NCBI GenBank assembly: GCA_951406725.2
Contig: OX597826.1
Coordinates: 33,604,001-33,668,000, forward strand
Length of the DNA: 64,000 nucleotides
Reading direction: 5' to 3'
DNA from: Octopus vulgaris
Taxonomy: Eukaryota
A program made the translations under genes and the position numbers. The notes below the pieces were generated by a model that was given only the letters and a program-made list of their open reading frames with translations, did no database searches and was not told the origin of the DNA. How positions within the stretch are numbered: position 1 is the first letter of the stretch; the number at the start of each line of letters is the position of its first letter. Below are positions 10,873-24,686 of the stretch, one piece after another.

Positions 10873-13199
10873 CTTTAAGCTAATGATGATGGTTTGAAGT
10901 GATAATATTTGTGGAACTGATAATGTTGGTAAGAAGTAATAACATTAGTAGTGGTGATAATATTTAAGGTGATAATTTTGGTAGGTGGTTTAATGTTGTT
11001 AATGCATATGTTGATGACAATAAAAATGCAAGCTTTTGAAGGAATCTCTTTGAAGTTATTCAATCTGCTAAGCGGTGCAACCAAATCACTTTCAGATTAT
11101 GCCTAACAATTTTCAAAAACGAAGGATACATTGGATGATGTATTTTGCAAAGCATATTTAATAACCACACATACATATGTGTCCAAAATGGCTGTGTGTG
11201 TGTGTGCGTGCATAAAGCTATATAAAGAAAGTGGTAAACATCTGGCTTTTCAACTCTTTAACATGGGTTCAATTCCAACTTCTCTGACAATGTTTACATT
11301 CCCGAACAATGAAATAAACATCATAAAGATGTATCTCTCCCCATACATATCCAGAGAGAGAGAGAGACATTTTAGATATATGGTAGAGCTCCTAATATTG
11401 TTTTAGCTAAAATCCATAATTCAAAACACAATTGGTTTCTTGAAGAAGAAAATTCCTTAATCTATTTGTTTTCTTTCTCCCCATTCTGTTATGAGAATTT
11501 GGCCACAAAATTCCTCAACCTGGCTTGTTCTTTTTCTTAATAATTTTCTATTTTATTTAGATTTATGTTTAATTATTCTTTATTTTCCAGATGTAAACAT
11601 AGCTATATTTTGTGTGTATGTGAAGTTTGTGTTTTCAATGTAAAAATCTCAAGTTAATGAGAGAATGTGATCAGGAAATTGACATTACTCATTAATTTGG
11701 GTTTTAAGCCAAAACAATCTGCACAGCCAAACTAATTATGTTTGCATAAACAAAATAAATTACATGGTACAATGCCAGGAAAAATTATAAGTAATAATTT
11801 GTGTCTTTCCACAACAATGTAACGATGTCTTTTACAAGACCATCTTAAATAATGATTACTGTTTTGTGTTTGGACTTCACTGCTTCAGTTTCTTTATAAA
11901 TATAAAAGTGTCAGACGTTGGAAGACATGAAAATGTTGCTGCTGTTGTTGTTGTTATAGTACTTTTCTCCTACATCAGATTTCATTGAATAGATTTGTAA
12001 TCAAAGGGATTCCAAACATGACTTTCCTGCCTCTTTGCAGTTGTCTAGAATTGTATTGCGTAATACACCCTTTTCTTATTTAAGATAGTAAAGGGTAACT
12101 TTGAGAGAGATTTATCTTCTAACAGCCAAATCTCTCTCAAACCACACCCATACTATCTCTAAAACAAAAATTGACATTTTGGATTTTGTACTCCAAGGTA
12201 AACAGTACACTATAGAAAATACCTCAGAATGAATAAGGTTTGAATATGTTTGCCTAATTGTTGTTTTCATCAAACATATCTACGATCAAACATTTCAGGT
12301 GATGGAGAAGAGAGCTCGGTCGGTGTCCACAAGGGAATTCAGCATAATCAGATATTGTCTTTTCTCTGGAAGTTCAATACCATGGATTGCTTTAATAGTA
12401 TATATGGTAGCTAGTAGAGTAAAGTGGGATTTCAATTCAGAATACAAAGAGCTAGGAAAATACCACAAGGTACCACTTTCAGGGCTGTAACAAACCTGTC
12501 ATTCCACTGCCCTTTGCATGTATTTCATTTATTGATCCTGAAAGAAAAGAAAAAAAAAAGCTGAGCTCAGCAGGATTTGAACGCAGAATACAAAGAGGTA
12601 AAAAGAAGTTAGTTTTTGAATTAAAACTAAAATAAATTTTCTGAATATTTTTTGTTTGTTGGATATTAATTGTCTCATGAAATTAATTAATGACAACAGG
12701 TAACACTATTTACCTGAGGCTCTAATAATTCAACCAATAAACCAAAGATTACTACTGGTATCTATTTTAAAAACAGCAAAATTACAGAACACCAAAATGG
12801 GAAAAGCAAAGTTTAAATAGAAAAATATTGTGTTTTCATAAAAGGATTCTGGTACTATCCACACAGACCATGTTTGTTCAAAACACATAAGTATCACAGA
12901 TCTGTTTGGTAATAACCATATTTGATGCCCAACCAGGCATGTTCTCACATTTCCATCTAGGTTAACTTTATGCGTTCAATACATCAGAGCCACCATATTT
13001 TTCTCTAGCCTCTGATGACCTTCCATACTTAATGTCCATGCCTAGCTACAATGCAACATTGCACTTCTTACACACACAACCTCTACTTTGCATTTGTTTC
13101 CTTTTTTTTTTGCAGTATGAGAGAGCAAGAATACATTACTTACGTTTATGGTTAAAAAGTAATGCGTTTATACTTGTAGTGTAAAATTTGTGGGCACAA

Positions 13200-13329
13200 T
13201 GTAGGCATGTAAGTGTGTAAGAATATATAACATTGACGTGTCTGTTTGATATTTTTTGTGCTTAAGTATATAGTATATATACATGTGTTTTCTCTATGTA
13301 TATGTACACATAATGTGTGTGTATATGCA

Positions 13330-13380
<51 letters not shown>

Positions 13381-13439
13381 CAAAATATATATAAATATAT
13401 ATATATTTATTTATCTATCTATATATAGATATAGATATC

Positions 13440-13516
<77 letters not shown>

Positions 13517-14105
13517 TTATCTATCTATACATACATATATATAGCTACATATATCTATTTATATATATGTATACATATATATATATAGATATATATGTTT
13601 GTATATATTTATGTAATATATATATGTATATATATATATGTGTGTATGTGTGTGTTTATGTGCATATATAGATAGAGAGGTATATACATACGTGTGTGTG
13701 TGTATGCAAGTATCGATATAATTCTGTGAGTATATGCTAATTCAAACAAACAATCATACAAATGATGATACAATTTTTTTATATTTGTTTCTGCAAAAGG
13801 GTGCAGTTGCATTATTGTATGTGTGTGCAATGGGTTGCACGTATGTACATAACTGCATATATCGATGCATATACATATGTATGTGTATCTGTGTATGTGT
13901 AGGTGTATGTGTGCATGCATATCTGTGCATGTGTTTATGCATATGTATTTATGTGTATAGAAATATATATATGTATATATATATGTATGATCACATATAA
14001 GTATATATGTATATACAAGGTATAAATATAAACACTTGCATGTGTTTATGTATATATATGTATATATGCATATATATATATATATATACATTCATATATA
14101 CATAC

Positions 14106-14154
<49 letters not shown>

Positions 14155-14195
14155 TATACACACAACACACACACATATATATATGTGTATAATTT

Positions 14196-14235
<40 letters not shown>

Positions 14236-14820
14236 ACATTATATATATGCATTATATATATATATATATATATACATTATATATATATGTGTATATATAT
14301 ATACACACACATATATATATATCTTTGTATGAATTGATGTACTTCTACGTATATTACAAGGTATTATAAAGCAAATGTATATGTAATGAAGTTAGGGTGT
14401 CTTTGATCTTGTATGAAACTTTATTTTCTTGAAAATATTCACATTTTGATCAGAGTAAAAACAGGGAGACCTACACACATATATGTACACATAAATACAG
14501 AGGTGCATATACACATATACATATATATGTTACGTGTGTGTGTGTGTATTTATATGCATATAAGCACATACATCTGTATGTATTTGTATATGTGTATATA
14601 GATATATATTCATATATATAAACATATAGATGCTTGTGTATGTAAATATATACATACATATATCTGTATATATATACATACATGCAGACATGTGCATATA
14701 TTCATACACACACACATATATATATATATATATGTATACATATATACATACATATATATATGTATATATATATACATATGTGTGTGTGTGTGCATTTACA
14801 TATATACACACACACATAGG
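13200..14820. repeat. Large compound (TA)n/(TG)n/(CA)n microsatellite field
   Basis: Directly visible; similar fields at ~8220-8830, 22500-22900, 26000-26520, 40160-40790, 48730-49960 and 61330-61830. Confidence 0.95.
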
Positions 14821-15075
14821 GAGAGAGAGTTGGGGAAAGAGGAAAGGGGGAAAGACACACGCACACACTATGGCAACGATTGTCTCAAAAGTCAAATGCC
14901 ATCACCACATCCACTCGTTCACTCCTTGTTCAGTCACTTCAACTCCCGACATTTTCTAACAAACAGATTATCCCATGAGAGACAACAATGTAAACAAGCT
15001 TATAGAAAAATGTTATTCGATTCTACATATAAATATTTGAGCTTATAATGCTTTACAGAGGTGGTGCAAGAGAAG

Positions 15076-15107
<32 letters not shown>

Positions 15108-15395
15108 GTTAGAGGAAGAGGAAGAGGAGAAGAAGAAGAAGAAGAAGAAGAAGAAGAAGAAGAAGAAGAAGAAGAAGACGAAGAAGAAGAAGCAGTAGGA
15201 GGAGAAGGGGAAAAAACTGATTTCTGTTCTAACGTATTGTTACTACAAAATGGATAAAAATAAAACCATTTAGGTAACATTCCTTCCACAAATTACAGCT
15301 TTCATACTTTTATATCAAATTACATATTGTACATCATTATTATTGCTATTGTTATTATATTATTATCATTATCATCATTATTCTTATTTTTATTG

Positions 15396-15850
15396 AGGTA
15401 AAGAGCTGGCGGAATTGTTAGCACACTGGGTAAAATGCTTAATGGTATTTCATCTATAAGGCGGCGAGCTGGCAGAAACGTTAGCACGCCGGGCGAAATG
15501 CTTAGCGGTATTTCGTCTGCCGTTACATTGTGAGATCAAATTCTGCCGAGGTTGACTTGCCTTTCATCTATTCAGGGTCGATTAAATAAGTACCAGTTAC
15601 GCACTGGGGTCGATATAATCGACTTAATCCATTTGTCTGTCCTTGTTTGTCCCTTCTGTGTTTAGCCCCTTGTGGGTAATAAAGAAATAGGTATTTCACC
15701 TATCACTACATTCTGAATTCAAATTCTGCCAAGGTCAACTTTGTCTTTCATCTTTTCGGTGTTGATTAAATAAGTACCAGTTATTCTCTGGAGTCTATGT
15801 AATTGACTTAATCCCTTCCCCCAAATTTGAGGCCATGTGCTTCCAGTAAA
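15396..15850 (+). mobile_element. SINE family A nested in an older family A copy
   Basis: Inner full copy ~15458-15689 flanked by duplication GGTATTTCA(T/C)CTAT at 15444-15457 and 15690-15703. Confidence 0.85.
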
Positions 15851-15983
15851 AATAAAGAATATTATTATTAAGAAATAAATAGAAGAGAGCCATAGCTGTC
15901 ATGTGAAATTGGTTGACCGATATTTCGGCATTTAGCATGCCTTCCACAGGTTCAAAAATTACATGTCAGTTAACTTCATTGTT

Positions 15984-16153
<170 letters not shown>

Positions 16154-16529
16154 CATTTTTCTCTTTTGTAGGTATTTGTTCATTTTGATATTGATGTTAT
16201 TGCTGTCGTGCTTGTTTGTTTTTTTATTAAATATTTTTTCTTCATTTTTTTTCTTTTCTTTTCTTCAGCATAATTTTTTTAATTCTTATCCATACTGTGT
16301 TTCTTTTCTTTTTCTTTCATAGCTATTTGTATTATCACACCTTCACGCATCCTACTTGAAAATATTTATTCTGGAATAATTTATTTTGTAGAAAGTTACC
16401 TGTTAACATCCCACCATGTATACATATATTCTCCAACAAAGAAAAATCAACCCCTTAACTATGCTACCACTACTACTGAGCTCCTTTTGAGCATTGTACC
16501 CCATGGGGCCAAAGTGGCTGAGTTCCTCT

Positions 16530-16845
16530 TGAGTGCTGGGCCTTACAGAGGCAATGACCAAGACCTTTGGTATTATGTCATGATTGAGAAGAAGACCCAT
16601 CAAGCCGAGCAACATCGCAGTCATGGCAGATACCAGTGTCATGCAAATGGAACCCATGCAGGTAGCACGTAAATGCACCCATTACACTCTCAGAGTGGTT
16701 GGCATTAGGAAGGGCATTGCGTTGTAGAGAACCATGCCAAATCAGTCTGGAGTCTGATGCAGCCTTCCAGCGTGCCAGCCCCAGTCAAACTGCCTAACCC
16801 ATGCCAGCATGGACAATAGACGTTAAATGACGATAATGATGACAA
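16530..16845 (+). mobile_element. RTE LINE 3' end (ORF end, UTR and tail)
   Basis: LGLTEAMT..DLWYYVMIEKKTH precedes the shared 3' UTR and (GAT)-like tail. Confidence 0.75.
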
Positions 16846-17977
16846 CTACTACTACTACAGAATCATCAGTGCCAGGTATTTCATCAGTGTTCATGCTCTG
16901 AGTTCAAGTTCTGTTGACTTTGCTTTCCATCTTTGAAGGGGTAACAAATTAAGTATCAATCAAACATTAGGTCACTTGGGATTGGTGTGGTTCCTTCGTT
17001 GGCCTCTATTGAGATTTCTTATTTTTCTTATGAATATTTGCAAATTGTTATTGTTTTATTGTTTATATGTTTCTTTGTAAATTTCCCCCATTCTCTCTTT
17101 TCATATTGTCATATTGTCCTAAATGTTTTCGAAACTCTCGTGGCCAATAAAGGAAGAATCCTTATTCTCTTTATTATTATGGCAACAGGTTGGTAGAATC
17201 ATAAGCATGCTAAACAGAATGCTTAGTTACATTTTTTTGTGGCCTTACTTTGAGAGTTCAATTACTGCCTTTCATCCTTTTGGGGTTGATAAATAAGAAC
17301 CAGCTGGATATTGGGGGCTGGTGTAATTGACTGGATTCTCTCCTGAAATTCCAGGTATTGTGCCTATGGAAGAAAAGATAATTATTATTGTTGTTATGTG
17401 TTTCCAGAATGAGTTACAGTAATTTTTTTCTTTTAAAAAATGTGAAAAAGTCAGAGTTAGGGTTGGATATATCTGCAAATTTATATTCATATTTTTACAC
17501 GACCCTGCATGTTGGAAGAGGTGACTTGACTATTTGGTGGCAAGAAGGGCATCCAGCCTAAAAACACTGCATCAGAATATCTTTCAACCAATACCAACAT
17601 TGGTAAAATGGATGTAAGATGCTGATGATGAAGATTGTGAAGATGATGCCTTTTAGTAGATGAATCCTCTTTCAGCACGACACATCCAACTGGGAAAAAA
17701 TTGAAAGTAAAGAGAAATTCTTATATTTTGTCAAAGGTATGGTAGCCTATGGTTAAACGGATAGAAATGATCCTGATAAATGTGGTGGTGGTGCTGGAAT
17801 ATATATTCCGGGGCTGCTAGGTAAGTGCTGTACCTGTACATATGTACATATACGTACACACACACACATGCACATGCACACGCACACACATACACATGTA
17901 TGCATATATGTACATGTATATATGTACACACACACACATGCACACACACATACACACACGCACACACACACACACAG

Positions 17978-18235
17978 AAGGTAAAGGGTAAAGAACCCCT
18001 TCAGTCATGAATTGCCATGGGATTGCACCTAGAAAAGTCTGGGCAAGGTTGTTCATGGAAGACCAGCAGTCACCCATGCATACCAGCTTCCCTTCTCCAC
18101 ACCACTGATGTTATCCAAGGGAAAGGCAAAGGCCAATACAGTTTGGCACCAGTAACATCATAACTCATTTCTACAGCTGAGTAAACTGGCGCAACATGAA
18201 ATAAAGTTCTTGCTCAACAACCAGCACAGCTCGCC
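17978..18235 (-). mobile_element. CORE-like SINE related to family G
   Basis: AACTCATTTCTACAGCTGAGTAAACTGG..AAATAAAGTTCTTGCTCAA shared with 31925-31985; GGTAAA tail. Confidence 0.6.
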
Positions 18236-18260
18236 CTGGAATATGATATGCATATATGTA

Positions 18261-18303
<43 letters not shown>

Positions 18304-18307
<4 letters not shown>

Positions 18308-18503
18308 AATCCAAATAAGAACAAGCAAGAAAAATCAACAGCACGGGGATGTGGAACAAGTACTGTGTTATTGGACGCCCAGCAAAGGAAAGGAAAGAAA
18401 GAGGATTTCACATTTCGAGTGGAGCTCTTCATCAGAAATATAGAAAAAGTCCAAAGGAGGGAAGATGGAGAAAGAAAATCGCCAATGATACACAAGTGGT
18501 CAC
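18304..18503 (-). mobile_element. Short HHR-bearing element, family E2, in (TA)n (copy ~55088-55290)
   Basis: Two homologous TA-bounded copies; HHR motif at 18405-18439. Confidence 0.75.
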
Positions 18504-18820
18504 ATATATATATATAAGTTCAGCAAAATTTAGATCTAAATAACTAAAGGAAAAAATCTATAGTCAGAAGGTAAATTTTAATACTATCACGTTCTTAACA
18601 ATCAAATCAACCTCTTTGTCAGTATATCTACCCTCTTCATAATGTTGGCAAATGAAATGGAAATAAGGATATGTATTGTCCGTTTGATGGAAGACTTCTA
18701 TAAATGGCTGAAGATTGCTCAACATTTTAAAAGTAATGTAATACTTACAATGTTTAATAAAATGAAGTAGCATGAAATGATCGTACCAAATTACCGAAGA
18801 TATACTTGTTGCTTATTTTG

Positions 18821-18890
<70 letters not shown>

Positions 18891-18893
<3 letters not shown>

Positions 18894-19165
18894 TCATCAT
18901 CATCATCATCATCGTTTAACGTCCGTTCTCCATGCTAGCATGGGTTGGACGGTTCGACCGGGGATCTGGGAAGCAGAAGGCTGCACCAGGCTCCGGTCTT
19001 ATCTGGCAATGTTTCTACAGCTGGATGCCCTTCCTAACGCCAACCACTCCATGAGTGTAGTGGGTGCTTTTTACGTGCCACCTGCACTGGTGCCAGGTGA
19101 GGCTGGCATCGGCCACAGTCGGATTGGTGCATTTTACGTGCCACCTGCACGGAAGCCAGTCGAGG

Positions 19166-19167
<2 letters not shown>
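18891..19167 (-). mobile_element. RTE LINE 3' UTR, young copy
   Basis: Nearly identical to 44813-45052; (CAT)n tail abuts (TA)n. Confidence 0.85.
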
Positions 19168-19196
<29 letters not shown>

Positions 19197-19725
19197 CAAA
19201 CTTTCTTCGGAATGGATGTGTGGTGTTCAGTCATATAATAATGTAAATATATATATAAATATATAAATGCATATATATACTCACATATATATGTATATAC
19301 ACATGCATATATGGGTACAGGGCATCAAAAAACATACACAACATGGAAAACAAGAACATGAAATACAAAAACACGGAAAACAATCCTTTTTTGCGAACAA
19401 TGAAAGAAACAAATAGTGAAACGAGATAGGCAACATAAAGAACAATCCCTTCATCAGTTGTCCCATGTTCTATTTACTCTGTATTTCGAAAGTAGGGACA
19501 AGATGCATCTTCGTCAAAACAGTTGCTCCCGCAAAGCAAATTAAATAAAATTTGGGATTTGCGGAGGGTCAAAGCTGGTAACAAACACAGGACAGTGAAA
19601 ACAAACAGTAAGGGTTGTTAAGCCATAACGAGGTGAAGTGGTGAATGCTGGAGAAATAAGCTTTACACACACACACACATACACATATATATTCATATAG
19701 ATGTTTCTTTATATATATATATATA

Positions 19726-19901
19726 TTGGTAAAAACAGTAAGATAACAAAAGAAAGAAAGAGACCGCAATATTATGTAAATAGAGGAAATTTATCTGTAA
19801 AATAATATGTGACAATTATTCAATAGCCAAGATAAAACTCTGAGTTTCAGATGCCGAGGTGGAAATCCACAACACCATCTCTTCGGTTATCTGGCCATCT
19901 G
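19726..19901 (-). mobile_element. Short HHR-bearing element, family F (copies ~46205-46430, ~56284-56455)
   Basis: Three highly similar copies adjoining (TA)n. Confidence 0.8.
19826..19895 (-). ncRNA. Type-I hammerhead motif, variant core CCGAAGA
   Basis: GCCAGATAA-CCGAAGA-GATG...CATC-T-GAAACTCAGAGTT-TTATCTTGGC. Confidence 0.65.
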
Positions 19902-20749
19902 TCACCCTCTCTCTCTCACTCTCTTTCTGTAGATATATGTGTGTGTGTGTGTGAAAGAGAGAGAGAATATATACATTGTCCAGCCAGCATAGAAAACAGA
20001 TATTACATAATGATGAGAAAGAGAAAGATATATACACATCTATATTTCAGTGGTATAAATTCTCGGATGGGCTGTGGGTAAGACGAGTGCCACACACCTA
20101 CCAAACATACTAAATTTTCTACAAATTTTTCTACTTTTAAAATACCACAACACAATCAGCTTTTATGATTTACATTTAACTTTAATAACACAAGCGAAGA
20201 AACAAATTTAAATTCATATTTTTTAGAAACCGTCTAAAATTTCTCTGTTTATATATTCCACTTACACGGTACTACTAAGTTCACCATTGTAACATACCAC
20301 GAGACAACAACTACCATACGCTAGTGTCACTAAATCAATAATCTTGATAATACCAGCAGCAGTTGTAGTCAGAATAAACTAAAATGATATTTCCTCTTAT
20401 TTTGGGTGATTGAACATTTCGTTATCATTTTGTGAAATAGTGTACAAAAGTTGAAAGCAGTATCAGTCTTGGAGGAATAACAAAACTCATAATTCTTTAT
20501 AAGAAAGTTCTACATGGATGCATTCCATAAATGAAAGTATTTCACCTCACAATCCCTCATTACAATACATGATATACTATTAGAATTGGCTTAAATCATT
20601 AGTCCAAGATGTTTGCTTCATATTCTGCTGCCATACTGATCTGCCATTTTACTCTTAGTCATTCTACTTTACTTGTAGTTCAGCCACATCATTTATTTAT
20701 CTATTCATCATTATTGTTTGTCTTTGTTGTTGTTTTTGTTGTTGTCATT

Positions 20750-21015
20750 TTCTTCTTCTTCTTCTTCTTCTTCTTCTTCTTCTTCTTCTTCTTCTTCTTC
20801 TTCTTCTTCTTCTTCTTCTTCTTCTTCTTCATCTTCTTCTTCTTCTTCATCTTCTTCTTCTTCTTCATCTTCTTCTTCATCTTCTTCTTCTTCTTCTTCT
20901 TCTTCTTCTTCTTCTTCTTCTTCTTCTTCTTCTTCTTCTTCTCCTCCTCCTCCTCCTCCTCCTCCTCCTCTTCTTCTTCTTCTTCTTCTTCTTCTTCTTC
21001 TTCTTCTTCTTCTCC

Positions 21016-21046
<31 letters not shown>

Positions 21047-21048
21047 CA
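20750..21048. repeat. Compound (TTC)n/(CTC)n/(TAT)n microsatellite
   Basis: Directly visible; similar block at 33994-34312. Confidence 0.95.
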
Positions 21049-21697
21049 CTACTTTTTGTTTCTGCAGTCCTGTCTGTCTTCTGTCCGTACCATTCTTCTA
21101 TCATTTGTGATTCATGTCATAGTTACCATCTTTATTAGCTCTGACTTAAGAGATTACTGTAGACACACACACACACATGCAAAACACACACAACGATATA
21201 GGCATTATCATTAGTGTCATTGTTTAATGGCCACTTGTGTGCATGGGGTCAGATTTTCTACATACTGATGGTTGTTATGTCACCAATCCTCACCAATTTC
21301 CAAACAAGGAAATATTTCTCCGTGGCCAGACATGTTTTCATGGAAGACTGGAAATGAACAACACTGCCTGTATGACAGGATGGCCGCAGTCTAAATGACT
21401 GAAACAAATAAAAGAATAAAAGAATTGTTGTTGTTGTTGTTGTTATTTATGTTATTGTTTGCTTTGTTTTATTCATGTTGTTCCGAGTTTCGCCCAGAGT
21501 TGGACGTTTTACTATGGCTGCTATTTATGTTTAGCAATGACATATTGCTTGGGAAAGAAACCGGATTCCAAGAACCAAAATTCTATTAAATTTGTGATTC
21601 TTCAATTTTAAAAGAGTTTTAAGTGAACCAGGTATTTTCAGGTTGACAAAGTTATTTTTAGGACTTGTTGATCATCGTCATCATCATCATCATCATC

Positions 21698-22070
21698 AAG
21701 GTGGTGAGCTGGCTGAGTCATTAGCGCACAGGACAAAATGGTCAGTTGCATTCTGTTTGTCTCTACATTCTGAGTTCAAATTTCACTGAGGTCGACTTTG
21801 CCTTTCATCCTTTCGGGGTCAATAAATTAAGTACCAGTTTGCATTATTAGTGTTGTTGTTGCTGTAAGGAAGCAAGATGGCAGAAACAATAACACACCAG
21901 GCAAAATGCTTAGTGCTATTTCGTCTGCCACTACGTTCTGAGTTCAAATTCTGCCGAGGTCGACTTTGCTTTTCACACTTTTGGAATTGCGGGAACCTTG
22001 CATTTTGGTCGATGTAATTGACTAGACCTCTTCCCCAAAATTTCAGGCCTTGTGCTTATAGTAGAAAGGA
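21698..22070 (+). mobile_element. Two tandem SINE family A copies
   Basis: Box B plus core at ~21771-21838 and ~21940-21982. Confidence 0.8.
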
Positions 22071-23053
22071 TTATTATTGTTGTTGTTGTTGTTGATAATG
22101 TCAATGGTGTTGTTATATTTACTTACTATTCTGGCATTTATTAAACACCTATCAAGATAAAAGCATATTTCAACTAGAAAAAAAATGTAATAATAAATCC
22201 ATAAATAAAAACGAAAAGAGATAAAAAAGAAAACCAAAATGTAATCCATCATTAAAGATTTCAAACACATTCTGAAGATTCCATCGTTCAAAGTGTTTGA
22301 CGCCAAATCGAAATTCCTCGTTGGAAATTAGTTCCATAATTCTATTTGAAAGGAATGTTTAGAAATACCAATGTATCTAAGCTAATATTCATTGATTCCA
22401 TTTAAAATTGTAAGAAGAAGGTGAATTCTAAATCAGGCTTTCTGGCATTTTTGATATTTCCAGAGCCACAGGAAATATTTCACCTTTTGATAGACGATGA
22501 GTAAAGGTGTGTATGTATGCATGGAATTATGCATGTGTATGTGTATGCATACATGCATACACACACGTATATGTGTGTATATATATATATATGCGTGTGT
22601 GTGTGTGTGTGCATGTGTGTGTGTATATACACACAAACACATATGTATATGTATACATACATGTGTGTGTGTTTGTATGTGTATATATATATATGTATAT
22701 ATATATATATAATGTATATATATATATATGTATACTTATAAAGTGTATATATACATATGTATATATATAATGTATATCTATATCTATACATATATATATA
22801 TGCACATATGTATATTTGCACATCTGTGTGTGTGTATGTATGTACCTCTCTATATCTAAGTAGAAGTATATGCATATTACTATTCTATATGTATGCACAA
22901 GAGATATACTTATTTCTCTGTGTTTGTTATTTATGGAGATGTGAAATTCATTTAAAAACTTAACTGAACTTTCCAAACACAAGACCATCCAGTGCAAGCA
23001 CTTTGCTTGTGACTGCAACTAATAGTTTGTATTATTAGCATTGCTGTTGCTGT

Positions 23054-23360
23054 AAGGAAGTGAGATGGCAGAAACATTAACACATTAGGCAAAATGCTTA
23101 GTGCTATTTCGTCTGTCTTTACATTCTGAGTTCAAATTCCGCCGTGGTCGACTTTGCCTTTCATCCTTTCGGGGTCGATTAAATAAGTACCAGTTATGCA
23201 CTGGGGTAGATGTAATCGACTTAATCCATTTATCTGTCCTTGTTTGTCCCCTCTGTTTTTAGCCCCTTGTGGGTAGTAAAGAAATAAGTATTTCGTCTGT
23301 CTTTACGTTCCGAGTTCAAATTCTGCCAAGGTCAACTTTGCTTTTCATCCTTTCAGAATT
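23054..23360 (+). mobile_element. SINE family A full copy followed by a partial copy
   Basis: Tail AAAGAAATAA runs directly into GTATTTCGTCTG of a second unit. Confidence 0.85.
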
Positions 23361-23818
23361 GTGGGAACCTTGCCAAAGCTGACACTGGAACTTGGCACCA
23401 TGCTGTGGATTACCAGATCCTGTTAAACCCATGGAAAATGGAGATTAAATAAAGATGATGACACATAAATTACTATTACTTGCACACAAACAAGCAATCT
23501 GTGTTCTCTTATCTTTTGTAATACACCTCCTCAACTGCTGTCTGAGATCTGTTCCAACTGACAGGTCGTAAGTCGATCTGGTTGCATGTTGGATTTAGAT
23601 TTTTCAATACAATTTCCATTCAAACACAACTGATGCTTGAAAGCGACTGAGTGAGAGACAGTGGCAGGCAATGGATGCCTGGGTCTGAGGGAGGCTGCGT
23701 TGCTAGATGCCATCATAGTTATCATACATGCAATGTCTGAAAATTTTTGTGGCCGTAAGTGTAGATGGTTATAAGTCGAAGAGAAGGTGTAGTAACAGCC
23801 TGTTGTTTATACCGTGAT

Positions 23819-23988
23819 AGGTGTAGGAGTGGCTGTGTTAAGTAGCTTGCTTACCAACCACATAGTTCCAGGTTCAGTCCCACTGCATGGCACCTTGGGT
23901 AAGTGTCTTCTACTATAGCCTTGGGCTGACCAAAGTCTTGTGCATGGATTTGGTAGACAGAAACTGAAAGAAGCCCGTCGTATATATG

Positions 23989-24019
<31 letters not shown>

Positions 24020-24228
24020 TTGTGTGTCTGTGTTTGTCCCCCTAACATCGCTTGACAACCGATGCTGGTGTGTTTACATCCCCGGAACTTAGTGGTTCGG
24101 CAAAAGAGATCGATAGAATAAGTACTAGGCTTACAAAGAATAAGTCCCGGGGTCGATTTGGTCGACTAAAGGCGATGCTCCAGCATGGCTGCAGTCAAAT
24201 GACTGAAACAAGTAAAAGAGTAAAGAGT
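23819..24228 (+). mobile_element. SINE family B, best-preserved copy
   Basis: A-box-like TGGCTGTGTTAAG, B-box-like GGTTCAGTCCC, CORE-like CACCTTGGGTAAGTGTCTT, internal (TA)n(TG)n, AAAGAGT tail. Confidence 0.9.
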
Positions 24229-24600
24229 ATGTGATACATTCATTAGACTTACACAGCTTTAACTTTTGGCTGAATAATTTTTCATGTGCTCATGTGGCTC
24301 TAATACATGGTTGTAGTAAAGAATTAATGAAAAACTATGCCTGACCACATGACCATCTTCAACTTTGTATCGATAGGGCTATAAACAGTAATCTCATGAT
24401 AGAAAGGAGTGAATTTTTTAACTTTGGTCAGAGTTGCCGACATTTAAAGTATAGCTGCTCATCTCTTCCTTTCACCTTTTGGATATCAAGAAATTGTGAA
24501 ACTGGTTAATCAAACACAAATAAAGACTCGAGTACATTTTCAATTCCATTTCATTATACTTTTATTCATCTAAAAAACTTGTTTCGTTGCTCCCACACAT

Positions 24601-24686
<86 letters not shown>

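Noticed and set aside
19420-19525. HHR motifs on the minus strand (CTGATGAAGGG; TTGACGAAG..TCGAAAT)
   Set aside because: The first lacks GAAA and the second lacks stems I and III. It may be a decayed PLE repeat but cannot be supported.
22270-22320. CTGAAGATT...AATCGAAA as an HHR
   Set aside because: Pairing register consumes core bases; no stem I or III; not TA-bounded.
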